Shown here: piece after piece, positions 52,101 to 63,860 of the stretch | Numbering within the stretch: the stretch's first letter is position 1 | Layout: every line of letters starts with the position of its first letter | Origin: Malacoraja senta | Lineage: Eukaryota | Reading direction: 5' to 3' | NCBI GenBank assembly: GCA_038087875.1 | Contig: CM075991.1 | Span: 13,642,001-13,706,000, forward strand | DNA: 64,000 nt | Made by a program: the position numbers and the translations under genes | The notes under the pieces: model-generated | What the model saw: the letters and a program-made list of their open reading frames with translations, nothing else | Told to the model about the DNA's origin: nothing | Database searches by the model: none

Positions 52101-55100
52101 GAGACACAATGGTCCTGGTTGGAGATACATCTCCAGGCATTGTCCACATAAAACGAGGTATTCTAGTTTTACCTTGAGGACTAGAATCTTCTCACTGAGG
52201 ACTGTCCGACCCACTAAGTTACTCCCGCACTTTGTCTAATTGTAGAGAAGGAAGTTGGAACATTTCAAACATTAAAATGTTATGTTAATTTGATTTTTCA
52301 GCATCAAGTGTACCTGGATTTGGTCTTTATGGATGTCATAGGAAGGTAAGGTACCTATTTCTAACTCTCTTCAATTTAATGGAATAATTGGGTTACATTA
52401 TTGATGGCTGTTCCCAATTTGTTTCTTCAACATCGAGGAGCTCGCAGTCTCTGGTAGAGACCGATGTCGGGAAGCTCCAAAGAACGCAAAAGGTTCGACT
52501 AGACCCCGAGTGAGCTGTGATTGAACCCCCCGATGCAGGAGCCCCGACACGGACGGCCCGACCGCCGGCTACGGGAGTCCCGTCAACGGAAGGCTCGAGG
52601 CCCCAGACCATGGGAGACCAAAGAAGGAAAGAGTTTGAACTTTGTGTTCTGTTGTTTTTTATTGGTATGAGTGGATGGTAAATGATATTCCTCGTGTTGC
52701 AAACATAAATTTTTTGCAACACGTGCCACCCCATGCTTCAATTGTGAGTAAATACAGTGCTGGAGGAACTTGGTGGGTTTGACAACCTCTGAAGAAATGG
52801 ACAGATGACTAATTGGGGCGGGAGCTCTCAGTCTGAAATATGGGGGAGAGCTGGAAATGAGGTGGGGGTTGGGCAATGCCTGACAAGTGATGGGTGGATT
52901 ACAGGTGATTGGGTGATGGGCAAATGGATGGAGTAAGTGCCAAAGGCTGAAGGTGAAAGTGATAAAACATGTTGGATAAGGACAAGAACAAGAACTGAAA
53001 TGTAAAACCAGTGTGAGATGGGGTTGGAAGGTAAAAGGGAAATGTGGACAAGGAGTTGAGAGATGAGCATACATCCCTTCATTAACTAAGTAATAACTAA
53101 ATAATAATAACTAAATAATAATAATAACTAAATAATAATAATAACTAAATAATAATAATAATAACTAAATAATAATACCAACTAAATAGTAATACCAACT
53201 AACTAGTCCTTTCTTGTACGCTCATCTCTCAAACAGACCCATATTCCCTCTCTCTGTTCCACCCATCTCTCTCCTAGTTTCATATTTCTGTTATCTCCTT
53301 ATTTGGCATTTTGTCCCTCTCACCTTGAGCCTCTGGCACTCACTCCATCCAAATGCTAATCACGCCTCACATGTACCACCTATTTACTTGCTGACTTTGT
53401 CCTGCGTGCCTCTGCCAATTTTCACTCTCTTTCATCAGTCTGAGGTAGGTTGCTGACCTGAGATGTCATCTGTCCATTCCACTTGCAGTCAGGCAGATTG
53501 TGCCTGAGCAGGTGAATGCCTCCAGCACTTTGTCTTTGGACAGAGCCATGTTCCCCGGTTGTAGTTGGCTCCTGTTACAGGGAGTGTGGAGTTTAATATT
53601 TTTGACTGAAACTCTGGGGGATTGGGTTTTCCAGGTATTTTTAACCATCTGGACACCACTGAATGTTTGTTTATATCTAACGTTTAAATGTCCACATGAA
53701 GAGTAATGCATCTGGGCAACAAGTTTGGGAGAACACTTGTGAAATATATTGGGTATTTGATGTGCTTGTAAATTGTGTCAGAGCTGGAGCAACTCGATGG
53801 GTACAGCAACATCGCTGGAGAACATGGATTGGTAATTCTGGGTTGGGACTCTTCAGACATTAAACTCTTCAGGTAGTCTAAATATATTCGACTACCTTAA
53901 TATTGGTCCAATCTGTAGGAGTCCTGACTGCAGAGACACAATGGTCCTGGTTGGAGATACATCTCCAGGCATTGTCCACATGTCCACATAAAACAAGGTA
54001 TTCTAGTTTTACCTTGAGGACTAGAATCTTCTCACTGAGGACTGTCCGACCCACTAAGTTACTCCCGCACTTTGTCTAATTGTAGAGAAGGAAGTTGGAA
54101 CATTTCAAACATTAAAATGTTATGTTAATTTGATTTTTCAGCATCAAGTGTACCTGGATTTGGTCTTTATGGATGTCATAGGAAGGTAAGGTACCTATTT
54201 CTAACTCTCTTCCATTAAATGGAATAATTGGGTTACATTATTGATGGCTGTTCCCAATTTGTTTCTTCAACATCGAGGAGCTCGCAGTCTCTGGTAGAGA
54301 CCAATGTCGGGAAGCTCCAAAGAACGCGAAAGGTTCGACTAGACCCCGAGTGAGCTGTGATTGAACCCCCCGATGCAGGAGCCCCGATACGGACGGCCCG
54401 ACCGCCGGCTACGGGAGTCCCGTCAACGGAAGGCTCGATGACCCAGACCATGGGAGACCAAAGAAGGAAAGAGTTTGAACTTTGTTCTGTTGTTTTTTAT
54501 TGGTATGAGTGGATGGTAAATGATATTCCTCGTGTTGCAAACATAATTTTTTTGCAACACGTGGCACCCCATGCTTCAATTGTGAGTAAATACAGTGCTG
54601 GAGGAACTTGGTGGGTTTGACAACCTCTGAAGAAATGGACAGATGACTAATTGGGTCCGGAGCTCTCAGTCTGAAATATGGGGGAGAGCTGGAAATGAGG
54701 TGGGGGTTGGGCACTGCCTGACAAGTGATGGGTGGATTACAGGTGATTGGGTGATGGGCAAATGGATGGAGTAAGTGCCAAAGGCTGAAGGTGAAAGTGA
54801 TAAAACATGTTGGATAAGGACAAGATCAAGAACTGAAATGTAAAACCAGTGTGAGATGGGGTTGGAAGGTAAAAGGGAAATGTGGACAAGGAGTTGAGAG
54901 ATGAGCATACTTCCCTTCATTAACTAAGTAATAACTAAATAATAATAATAACTAAATAATAATAATCACTAAATGATAATAATAATGACTAAATAATAAT
55001 ACCAACTAAATAGTAATACCAACTAACTAGTCCTTTCTTGTACGCTCATCTCTCAAACAGTCCCATATTCCCTCTCTCTCTTCCACCCATCTCTCTCCTA

Positions 55101-56093
55101 GTTTCATATTTCTGTTATCTCCTTATTTGGCATTTTGTCCCTCTCACCTTGAGCCTCTGGCACTCACTCCATCCATATGCTAATCACGCCTCGCATGTAC
55201 CACCTATTTACTTGCTGACTTTGTCCTGCGTGCCTCTGCCTCTTTTCACTCTCTTTCATCAGTCTGAGGAAGGTTGCTGACCTGAGATGTCATCTGTCCA
55301 TTCCACTTGCAGTCAGGCAGATTGTGCGTGAACTGCTGAATGCCTCCAGCACTTTGTCTTTGGACAGAGCCATATTCCCTGGTTGTAGTTGGCTCCTGTT
55401 TCAGGGAATGTAGAGTTTAATATTTTTGACTGAAACTCTGGGGTGTTGGGTTTTTCTAGGAATTTTCTAACCATCTCGACAACACTAAATGTTTGTTTAT
55501 ATCTAACGTTTAAATGTCCACATGAAGAGTAATGCATCTGGGCAACAAGTTTGGGAGAACACTTGTGAAATATATTGGGTATTTGATGTGCTTGTAAATT
55601 GTGTCAGAGCTGGAGCAACTCGATGGGTACAGCAACATCGCTGGAGAACATGGATTGGTAATTCTGGGTTGGGACTCTTCAGACATTAAACTCTTCAGGT
55701 AGTCTAAATATATTCGACTACCTTAATATTGGTCCAATCTGTAGGAGTCCTGACTGCAGAGACACAATGGTCCTGGTTGGAGATACATCTCCAGGCATTG
55801 TCCACATGTCCACATAAAACAAGGTATTCTAGTTTTACCTTGAGGACTAGAATCTTCTCACTGAGGACTGTCCGACCCACTAAGTTACTCCTGCACTTTG
55901 TCTAATTGTAGAGAAGGAAGTTGGAACATTTCAAACATTAAAATGTTATGTTAATTTGATTTTTCTGCATCAAGTCTACCTGGATTTGGTCTTTATAGAT
56001 GTCATAGGAAGGTAAGGTACGTATTTCTAACCCTCTTCAGTTTAATGGAATAATTGTGTTACATTATTGATGGCTGTTCCAAATTTGTTTCTT

Positions 56094-56369
56094 AGTTACG
56101 TTTTTTGACCTATGGACCTATCTCCTAAGTTGTATTATTGATAGTTTATCTTACTTTTCTAATTTCTTCTTTATTTCTTTATTTTCCTTGTCTATAAATT
56201 TAAATAAATAATTAGAGGCAACGTTAATATTTAACCGATAAAGGAGGACCTACTACTTTGGTAACTGGGTACCCGGAACCATGGATACTTAATATGAAAT
56301 CGTTATACAAAGTTTGTATTGGGTTGGACTATGATATGCAGATACCTCTAATAAAACAAATTAAAACAT
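56094..56369 (+). mobile_element. Retroposed AT-rich fragment (L1-type 3' UTR-like) with 14-bp TSD
   Basis: TSD CAAATTTGTTTCTT at 56080-56093 and 56370-56383; ends in aataaa plus an A-rich tail. Confidence 0.8.
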
Positions 56370-56413
56370 CAAATTTGTTTCTTCAACATCGAGGAGCTCG
56401 TAGTCTCTGGTAG

Positions 56414-57170
56414 GAATTGAAGTGACTGAGTGAGATATGGCGGAACCAAGGACTCACGGTTAACCCTGAAATATTGGTGTGTAATATAACAATTATATAT
56501 TGAATCGTCGGATTAATAAGTATTGAGACGTTAACCGAGACCAAGGTACCCCCGTATCTCACAGAAAGTCCGCCTTAGACTGGTTGTTAAGAGAGGAAAT
56601 CCTCCACGCGAAGGTCAGGAATTGAAGTGACCGAGTGAGATACGGCAGAACCAAGGACTCACGGTTAACCCTGAACTATTGGTGTGTAATAATATAAGTA
56701 TTTTAAAAAATGGGTAATGGTATGGACACCAGTTGTCACCCGGACTGGCCATTACATCAGCTATGTTTCTTGCATCCAGAAATGCATTATTAGACCTTCA
56801 GGCGTATGTCGGGAAGGGGGTTCCAAGGATATGGGTGTGTTATCAAGGGCCCAGAGTGTAATATGGAAAAAGGATAAAAAAAGAAATTATAAAAAGGCCA
56901 TTCAGTTGTGGATCGATCATTGTAACGGAGAAAAGGCACGGTCATTAACGGCCAGTTGGCAGAGTAAGGCCTTGAAACTAGTAATTCCCCTGACCGAGGG
57001 GGGTCAGGAGATGTCGGTGACCGTATTAAAACAGTAATGTAGGCATGCTAAGGAAAGTAAGGATCGTCAGGAGAGAGGGAGACAAAATAAGGCCGAGGTA
57101 GATAAAGTTGGTGCTGGCATAGATTTGGGAGGTGATGACGAGGGTTGGGGTTTGGGTTAGGGTTAGGGTT
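56414..57170. other. Unclassified ~760-bp insert ending in a short degenerate TTAGGG tract
   Basis: Replaces ~250 bp of the monomer; internal ~60-bp direct repeat (56413/56618); ends agggttggggtttgggttagggttagggtt. Confidence 0.75.
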
Positions 57171-57989
57171 TTTTGGAACACGAACCACCCCATGCTTGAA
57201 TCATGAGTAAATACACAGTGCTGGAGGAACCTGGTGGGTTTGACAACCTCTGAAGAAATGGGCAGATGACTCATTGGGTCCGGAGCTCTCAGTCTGAAAT
57301 AGGGGGGAGAGCTGGAAATGAGGTGGGGGTTGGGCACTGCCCGACAAGTGATGGGTGGATTAAAATGGATGGAGAAAATGCCAAAGGCTGAAGATGGAAG
57401 TGATCAAACGTGTTGGATAAGGACAAGAACTGTGAAATGTAAAACCAGGGTGAGGTGGGGTTGGAAGGTAAAAGGGAAATATGGGACAGTTGAGAGATGA
57501 GCATATGTCCCTTCATTAACTAAGTAACAATAATAACTAAACAATAGTAATAACTAAATAATAATAATAACAATAATGATAATAACTAAATGATAATAGT
57601 AACAATAATGGTAAGAACTAAATAATGATAAGAACTAAATGATAAGAACTAAATAATACCAAGTAACTAGTCCTTTCTTGTACGCTCATCTCTCAAACAG
57701 TTCCATATTCCCTCTCTCCCTTCCACCCATATCTCTCCTAGTTTCATTGTTCTCTCCTTATTTGGCATTTTGAGCCTTTGGCACTCACTCCATCCATATG
57801 CTAATCACGCCTCGCATGTACCACCTATTTACTTGCTGACTTTGTCCTGCGTGCCTCTGCCTCTTTTCACTCTCTTTCATCAGTCTGAGGAAGGTTGCTG
57901 ACCTGAGATGTCATCTGTCCATTCCACTTGCAGTCAGGCAGATTGTGCCTGAACTGCTGAATGCCTCCAGCACTTTGTCTTTGGACAGA

Positions 57990-60354
57990 GGGTTTAGAGT
58001 CGTTAGGGTTTAGAGTCGTTAGGGTTTAGAGTCGTTAGGGTTTAGAGTCGTTAGGGTTTAGAGTCGTTAGGGTTTAGAGTCGTTAGGGTTTAGAGTCGTT
58101 AGGGTTTAGAGTCGTTAGGGTTTAGAGTCGTTAGGGTTTAGAGTCGTTAGGGTTTAGAGTCGTTAGGGTTTAGAGTCGTTAGGGTTTAGAGTCGTTAGGG
58201 TTTAGAGTCGTTAGGGTTTAGAGTCGTTAGGGTTTAGAGTCGTTAGGGTTTAGAGTCGTTAGGGTTTAGAGTCGTTAGGGTTTAGAGTCGTTAGGGTTTA
58301 GAGTCGTTAGGGTTTAGAGTCGTTAGGGTTTAGAGTCGTTAGGGTTTAGAGTCGTTAGGGTTTAGAGTCGTTAGGGTTTAGAGTCGTTAGGGTTTAGAGT
58401 CGTTAGGGTTTAGAGTCGTTAGGGTTTAGAGTCGTTAGGGTTTAGAGTCGTTAGGGTTTAGAGTCGTTAGGGTTTAGAGTCGTTAGGGTTTAGAGTCGTT
58501 AGGGTTTAGAGTCGTTAGGGTTTAGAGTCGTTAGGGTTTAGAGTCGTTAGGGTTTAGAGTCGTTAGGGTTTAGAGTCGTTAGGGTTTAGAGTCGTTAGGG
58601 TTTAGAGTCGTTAGGGTTTAGAGTCGTTAGGGTTTAGAGTCGTTAGGGTTTAGAGTCGTTAGGGTTTAGAGTCGTTAGGGTTTAGAGTCGTTAGGGTTTA
58701 GAGTCGTTAGGGTTTAGAGTCGTTAGGGTTTAGAGTCGTTAGGGTTTAGAGTCGTTAGGGTTTAGAGTCGTTAGGGTTTAGAGTCGTTAGGGTTTAGAGT
58801 CGTTAGGGTTTAGAGTCGTTAGGGTTTAGAGTCGTTAGGGTTTAGAGTCGTTAGGGTTTAGAGTCGTTAGGGTTTAGAGTCGTTAGGGTTTAGAGTCGTT
58901 AGGGTTTAGAGTCGTTAGGGTTTAGAGTCGTTAGGGTTTAGAGTCGTTAGGGTTTAGAGTCGTTAGGGTTTAGAGTCGTTAGGGTTTAGAGTCGTTAGGG
59001 TTTAGAGTCGTTAGGGTTTAGAGTCGTTAGGGTTTAGAGTCGTTAGGGTTTAGAGTCGTTAGGGTTTAGAGTCGTTAGGGTTTAGAGTCGTTAGGGTTTA
59101 GAGTCGTTAGGGTTTAGAGTCGTTAGGGTTTAGAGTCGTTAGGGTTTAGAGTCGTTAGGGTTTAGAGTCGTTAGGGTTTAGAGTCGTTAGGGTTTAGAGT
59201 CGTTAGGGTTTAGAGTCGTTAGGGTTTAGAGTCGTTAGGGTTTAGAGTCGTTAGGGTTTAGAGTCGTTAGGGTTTAGAGTCGTTAGGGTTTAGAGTCGTT
59301 AGGGTTTAGAGTCGTTAGGGTTTAGAGTCGTTAGGGTTTAGAGTCGTTAGGGTTTAGAGTCGTTAGGGTTTAGAGTCGTTAGGGTTTAGAGTCGTTAGGG
59401 TTTAGAGTCGTTAGGGTTTAGAGTCGTTAGGGTTTAGAGTCGTTAGGGTTTAGAGTCGTTAGGGTTTAGAGTCGTTAGGGTTTAGAGTCGTTAGGGTTTA
59501 GAGTCGTTAGGGTTTAGAGTCGTTAGGGTTTAGAGTCGTTAGGGTTTAGAGTCGTTAGGGTTTAGAGTCGTTAGGGTTTAGAGTCGTTAGGGTTTAGAGT
59601 CGTTAGGGTTTAGAGTCGTTAGGGTTTAGAGTCGTTAGGGTTTAGAGTCGTTAGGGTTTAGAGTCGTTAGGGTTTAGAGTCGTTAGGGTTTAGAGTCGTT
59701 AGGGTTTAGAGTCGTTAGGGTTTAGAGTCGTTAGGGTTTAGAGTCGTTAGGGTTTAGAGTCGTTAGGGTTTAGAGTCGTTAGGGTTTAGAGTCGTTAGGG
59801 TTTAGAGTCGTTAGGGTTTAGAGTCGTTAGGGTTTAGAGTCGTTAGGGTTTAGAGTCGTTAGGGTTTAGAGTCGTTAGGGTTTAGAGTCGTTAGGGTTTA
59901 GAGTCGTTAGGGTTTAGAGTCGTTAGGGTTTAGAGTCGTTAGGGTTTAGAGTCGTTAGGGTTTAGAGTCGTTAGGGTTTAGAGTCGTTAGGGTTTAGAGT
60001 CGTTAGGGTTTAGAGTCGTTAGGGTTTAGAGTCGTTAGGGTTTAGAGTCGTTAGGGTTTAGAGTCGTTAGGGTTTAGAGTCGTTAGGGTTTAGAGTCGTT
60101 AGGGTTTAGAGTCGTTAGGGTTTAGAGTCGTTAGGGTTTAGAGTCGTTAGGGTTTAGAGTCGTTAGGGTTTAGAGTCGTTAGGGTTTAGAGTCGTTAGGG
60201 TTTAGAGTCGTTAGGGTTTAGAGTCGTTAGGGTTTAGAGTCGTTAGGGTTTAGAGTCGTTAGGGTTTAGAGTCGTTAGGGTTTAGAGTCGTTAGGGTTTA
60301 GAGTCGTTAGGGTTTAGAGTCGTTAGGGTTTAGAGTCGTTAGGGTTTAGAGTCG
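57990..60354 (+). repeat. Telomere-like satellite zone A: (TTAGGGTTTAGAGTCG)n, ~148 copies
   Basis: Apparently perfect 16-bp periodicity, G-rich strand running toward the window end. Confidence 0.98.
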
Positions 60355-63300
60355 TTAGGGTTTAGGGTCGTTAGGGTTTAGAGTCGTTAGGGTTTAGAGT
60401 CGTTAGGGTTTAGGGTCGTTAGGGTTTAGGGTCGTTAGGGTTTAGGGTCGTTAGGGTTTAGGGTCGTTAGGGTTTAGGGTCGTTAGGGTTTAGGGTCGTT
60501 AGGGTTTAGGGTCGTTAGGGTTTAGGGTCGGTTTAGGGTCGTTAGGGTTTAGGGTCGTTAGGGTTTAGGGTCGTTAGGGTTTAGGGTCGTTAGGGTTTAG
60601 GGTCGTTAGGGTTTAGGGTCGTTAGGGTTTTGGGTCGTTAGGGTTTAGGGTCGTTAGGGTTTAGGGTCGTTAGGGTTTAGGGTCGTTAGGGTTTAGGGTC
60701 GTTAGGGTTTAGGGTCGTTAGGGTTTAGGGTCGTTAGGGTTTAGGTCGTTAGGGTTTAGGGTCGTTAGGGTTTTAGGGTCGTTAGGGTTTAGGGTCGTTA
60801 GGGTTTAGGGTCGTTAGGGTTTAGGGTCGTTAGGGTTTAGGGTCGTTAGGGTTTAGGGTCGTTAGGGTTTAGGGTCGTTAGGGTTTAGGGTCGTTAGGGT
60901 TTAGGGTCGTTAGGGTTTAGGGTCGTTAGGGTTTAGGGTCGTTAGGGTTTAGGGTCGTTAGGGTTTTAGGGTCGTTAGGGTTTAGGGTCGTTAGGGTTTA
61001 GGGTCGTTAGGGTTTAGGGTCGTTAGGGTTTAGGGTCGTTAGGGTTTAGGGTCGTTAGGGTTTAGGGTCGTTAGGGTTTAGGGTCGTTAGGGTTTAGGGG
61101 TCGTTAGGGTTTAGGGTCGTTAGGGTTTAGGGTCGTTAGGGTTTAGGGTCGTTAGGGTTTAGGGTCGTTAGGGTTTAGGGTCGTTAGGGTTTAGGGTCGT
61201 TAGGGTTTAGGGTCGTTAGGGTTTAGGGTCGTTAGGGTTTAGGGTCGTTAGGGTTTAGGGTCGTTAGGGTTTAGGGTCGTTAGGGTTTAGGGTCGTTAGG
61301 GTTTAGGGTCGTTAGGGTTTAGGGTCGTTAGGGTTTAGGGTCGTTAGGGTTTAGGGTCGTTAGGGTTTAGGGTCGTTAGGGTTTAGGGTCGTTAGGGTTT
61401 AGGGTCGTTAGGGTTTAGGGTCGTTAGGGTTTAGGGTCGTTAGGGTTTAGGGTCGTTAGGGTTTAGGGTCGTTAGGGTTTAGGGTCGTTAGGGTTTAGGG
61501 TCGTTAGGGTTTAGGGTCGTTAGGGTTTAGGGTCGTTAGGGTTTAGGGTCGTTAGGGTTTAGGGTCGTTAGGGTTTAGGGTCGTTAGGGTTTAGGGTCGT
61601 TAGGGTTTAGGGTCGTTAGGGTTTAGGGTCGTTAGGGTTTAGGGTCGTTAGGGTTTAGGGTCGTTAGGGTTTAGGGTCGTTAGGGTTTAGGGTCGTTAGG
61701 GTTTAGGGTCGTTAGGGTTTAGGGTCGTTAGGGTTTAGGGTCGTTAGGGTTTAGGGTCGTTAGGGTTTAGGGTCGTTAGGGTTTAGGGTCGTTAGGGTTT
61801 AGGGTCGTTAGGGTTTAGGGTCTTTGGGTTAGGTTTAGGGTCGTTAGGGTTTAGGGTCGTTAGGGTTTAGGGTCGTTAGGGTTTAGGGTCGTTAGGGTTT
61901 AGGGTCGTTAGGGTTTAGGGTCGTTAGGGTTTAGGGTCGTTAGGGTTTAGGGTCGTTAGGGTTTAGGGTCGTTAGGGTTTAGGGTCGTTAGGGTTTAGGG
62001 TCGTTAGGGTTTAGGGTCGTTAGGGTTTAGGGTCGTTAGGGTTTAGGGTCGTTAGGGTTTAGGGGTCGTTAGGGTTTAGGGTCGTTAGGGTTTAGGGTCG
62101 TTAGGGTTTAGGGTCGTTAGGGTTTAGGGTCGTTAGGGTTTAGGGTCGTTAGGGTTTAGGGTCGTTAGGGTTTAGGGTCGTTAGGGTTTAGGGTCGTTAG
62201 GGTTTAGGGTCGTTAGGGTTTAGGGTCGTTAGGGTTTAGGGTCGTTAGGGTTTAGGGTCGTTAGGGTTTAGGGTCGTTAGGGTTTAGGGTTTAGGTTTTG
62301 GGTCGTTAGGGTTTAGGGTCGTTAGGGTTTAGGGTCGTTAGGGTTTAGGGTCGTTAGGGTTTAGGGTCGTTAGGGTTTAGGGTCGTTAGGGTTTAGGGTC
62401 GTTAGGGTTTAGGGTCGTTAGGTTTAGGGTCGTTAGGGTTTAGGGTCGTTAGGGTTTTAGGGTCGTTAGGGTTTAGGGTCGTTAGGGTTTAGGGTCGTTA
62501 GGGTTTAGGGTCGTTAGGGTTTAGGGTCGTTAGGGTTTAGGGTCGTTAGGGTTTAGGGTCGTTAGGGTTTAGGGTCGTTAGGGTTTAGGGTCGTTAGGGT
62601 TTAGGGTCGTTAGGGTTTAGGGTCGTTAGGGTTTAGGGTCGTTAGGGTTTAGGGTCGTTAGGGTTTAGGGTCGTTAGGGTTTAGGGTCGTTAGGGTTTAG
62701 GGTCGTTAGGGTTTAGGGTCGTTAGGGTTTAGGGTCGTTAGGGTTTAGGGTCGTTAGGGTTTAGGGTCGTTAGGGTTTAGGGTCGTTAGGGTTTAGGGTC
62801 GTTAGGGTTTAGGGTCGTTAGGGTTTAGGGTCGTTAGGGTTTAGGGTCGTTAGGGTTTAGGGTCGTTAGGGTTTAGGGTCGTTAGGGTTTAGGGTCGTTA
62901 GGGTTTAGGGTCGTTAGGGTTTAGGGTCGTTAGGGTTTAGGGTCGTTAGGGTTTAGGGTCGTTAGGGTTTAGGGTCGTTAGGGTTTAGGGTCGTTAGGGT
63001 TTAGGGTCGTTAGGGTTTAGGGTCGTTAGGGTTTAGGGTCGTTAGGGTTTAGGGTCGTTAGGGTTTAGGGTCGTTAGGGTTTAGGGTCGTTAGGGTTTAG
63101 GGTCGTTAGGGTTTAGGGTCGTTAGGGTTTAGGGTCGTTAGGGTTTAGGGTCGTTAGGGGTTTAGGGTCGTTAGGGTTTAGGGTCGTTAGGGTTTAGGGT
63201 CGTTAGGGTTTAGGGTCGTTAGGGTTTAGGGGTCGTTAGGGTTTAGGGTCGTTAGGGTTTAGGGTCGTTAGGGTTTAGGGTCGTTAGGGTTTAGGGTCGT

Positions 63301-63860
63301 TAGGGTTTAGGGTCGTTAGGGTTTAGGGGTCGTTAGGGTTTAGGGTCGTTAGGGTTTAGGGTCGTTAGGGTTTAGGGTCGTTAGGGTTTAGGGTCGTTAG
63401 GGTTTAGGGTCGTTAGGGTTTAGGGTCGTTAGGGTTTAGGGTCGTTAGGGTTTAGGGTCGTTAGGGTTTAGGGTCGTTAGGGTTTAGGGTCGTTAGGGTT
63501 TAGGGTCGTTAGGGTTTAGGGTCGTTAGGGTTTAGGGTCGTTAGGGTTTAGGGTCGTTAGGGTTTAGGGTCGTTAGGGTTTAGGGTCGTTAGGGTTTAGG
63601 GTCGTTAGGGTTTAGGGTCGTTAGGGTTTAGGGTCGTTAGGGTTTAGGGTCGTTAGGGTTTAGGGTCGTTAGGGTTTAGGGTCGTTAGGGTTTAGGGTCG
63701 TTAGGGTTTAGGGTCGTTAGGGTTTAGGGTCGTTAGGGTTTAGGGTCGTTAGGGTTTAGGGTCGTTAGGGTTTAGGGTCGTTAGGGTTTAGGGTCGTTAG
63801 GGTTTAGGGTCGTTAGGGTTTAGGGTCGTTAGGGTTTAGGGTCGTTAGGGTTTAGGGTCG
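60355..63860 (+). repeat. Telomere-like satellite zone B: (TTAGGGTTTAGGGTCG)n, ~215-220 copies
   Basis: Single A>G change relative to zone A; sporadic homopolymer indels. Confidence 0.98.

Larger units (their letters stand above)
26700..57990 (+). repeat. Subtelomeric tandem array (macrosatellite) of about 13 monomers of ~1.84 kb
   Basis: The landmark tttttcag-catcaag recurs at 27255, 29087, 31487, 35679, 41254, 43084, 44924, 46781, 48621, 50462, 52302, 54142 and 55968 (mutated). Spacing is ~1.83-1.86 kb where uninterrupted. Confidence 0.97.

Noticed and set aside
57000..57170. Telomerase RNA gene or pseudogene (CCCTAACCCTAA on the minus strand)
   Set aside because: No recognisable pseudoknot, CR4/5 or H/ACA sequence follows; the tract degenerates like a telomeric remnant.
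27475..57516. Recurrent 60-230 aa ORFs in the array as a tandem gene family
   Set aside because: Frames and ends differ between near-identical monomers, no domain is recognisable, and they overlap repeat-derived arms.
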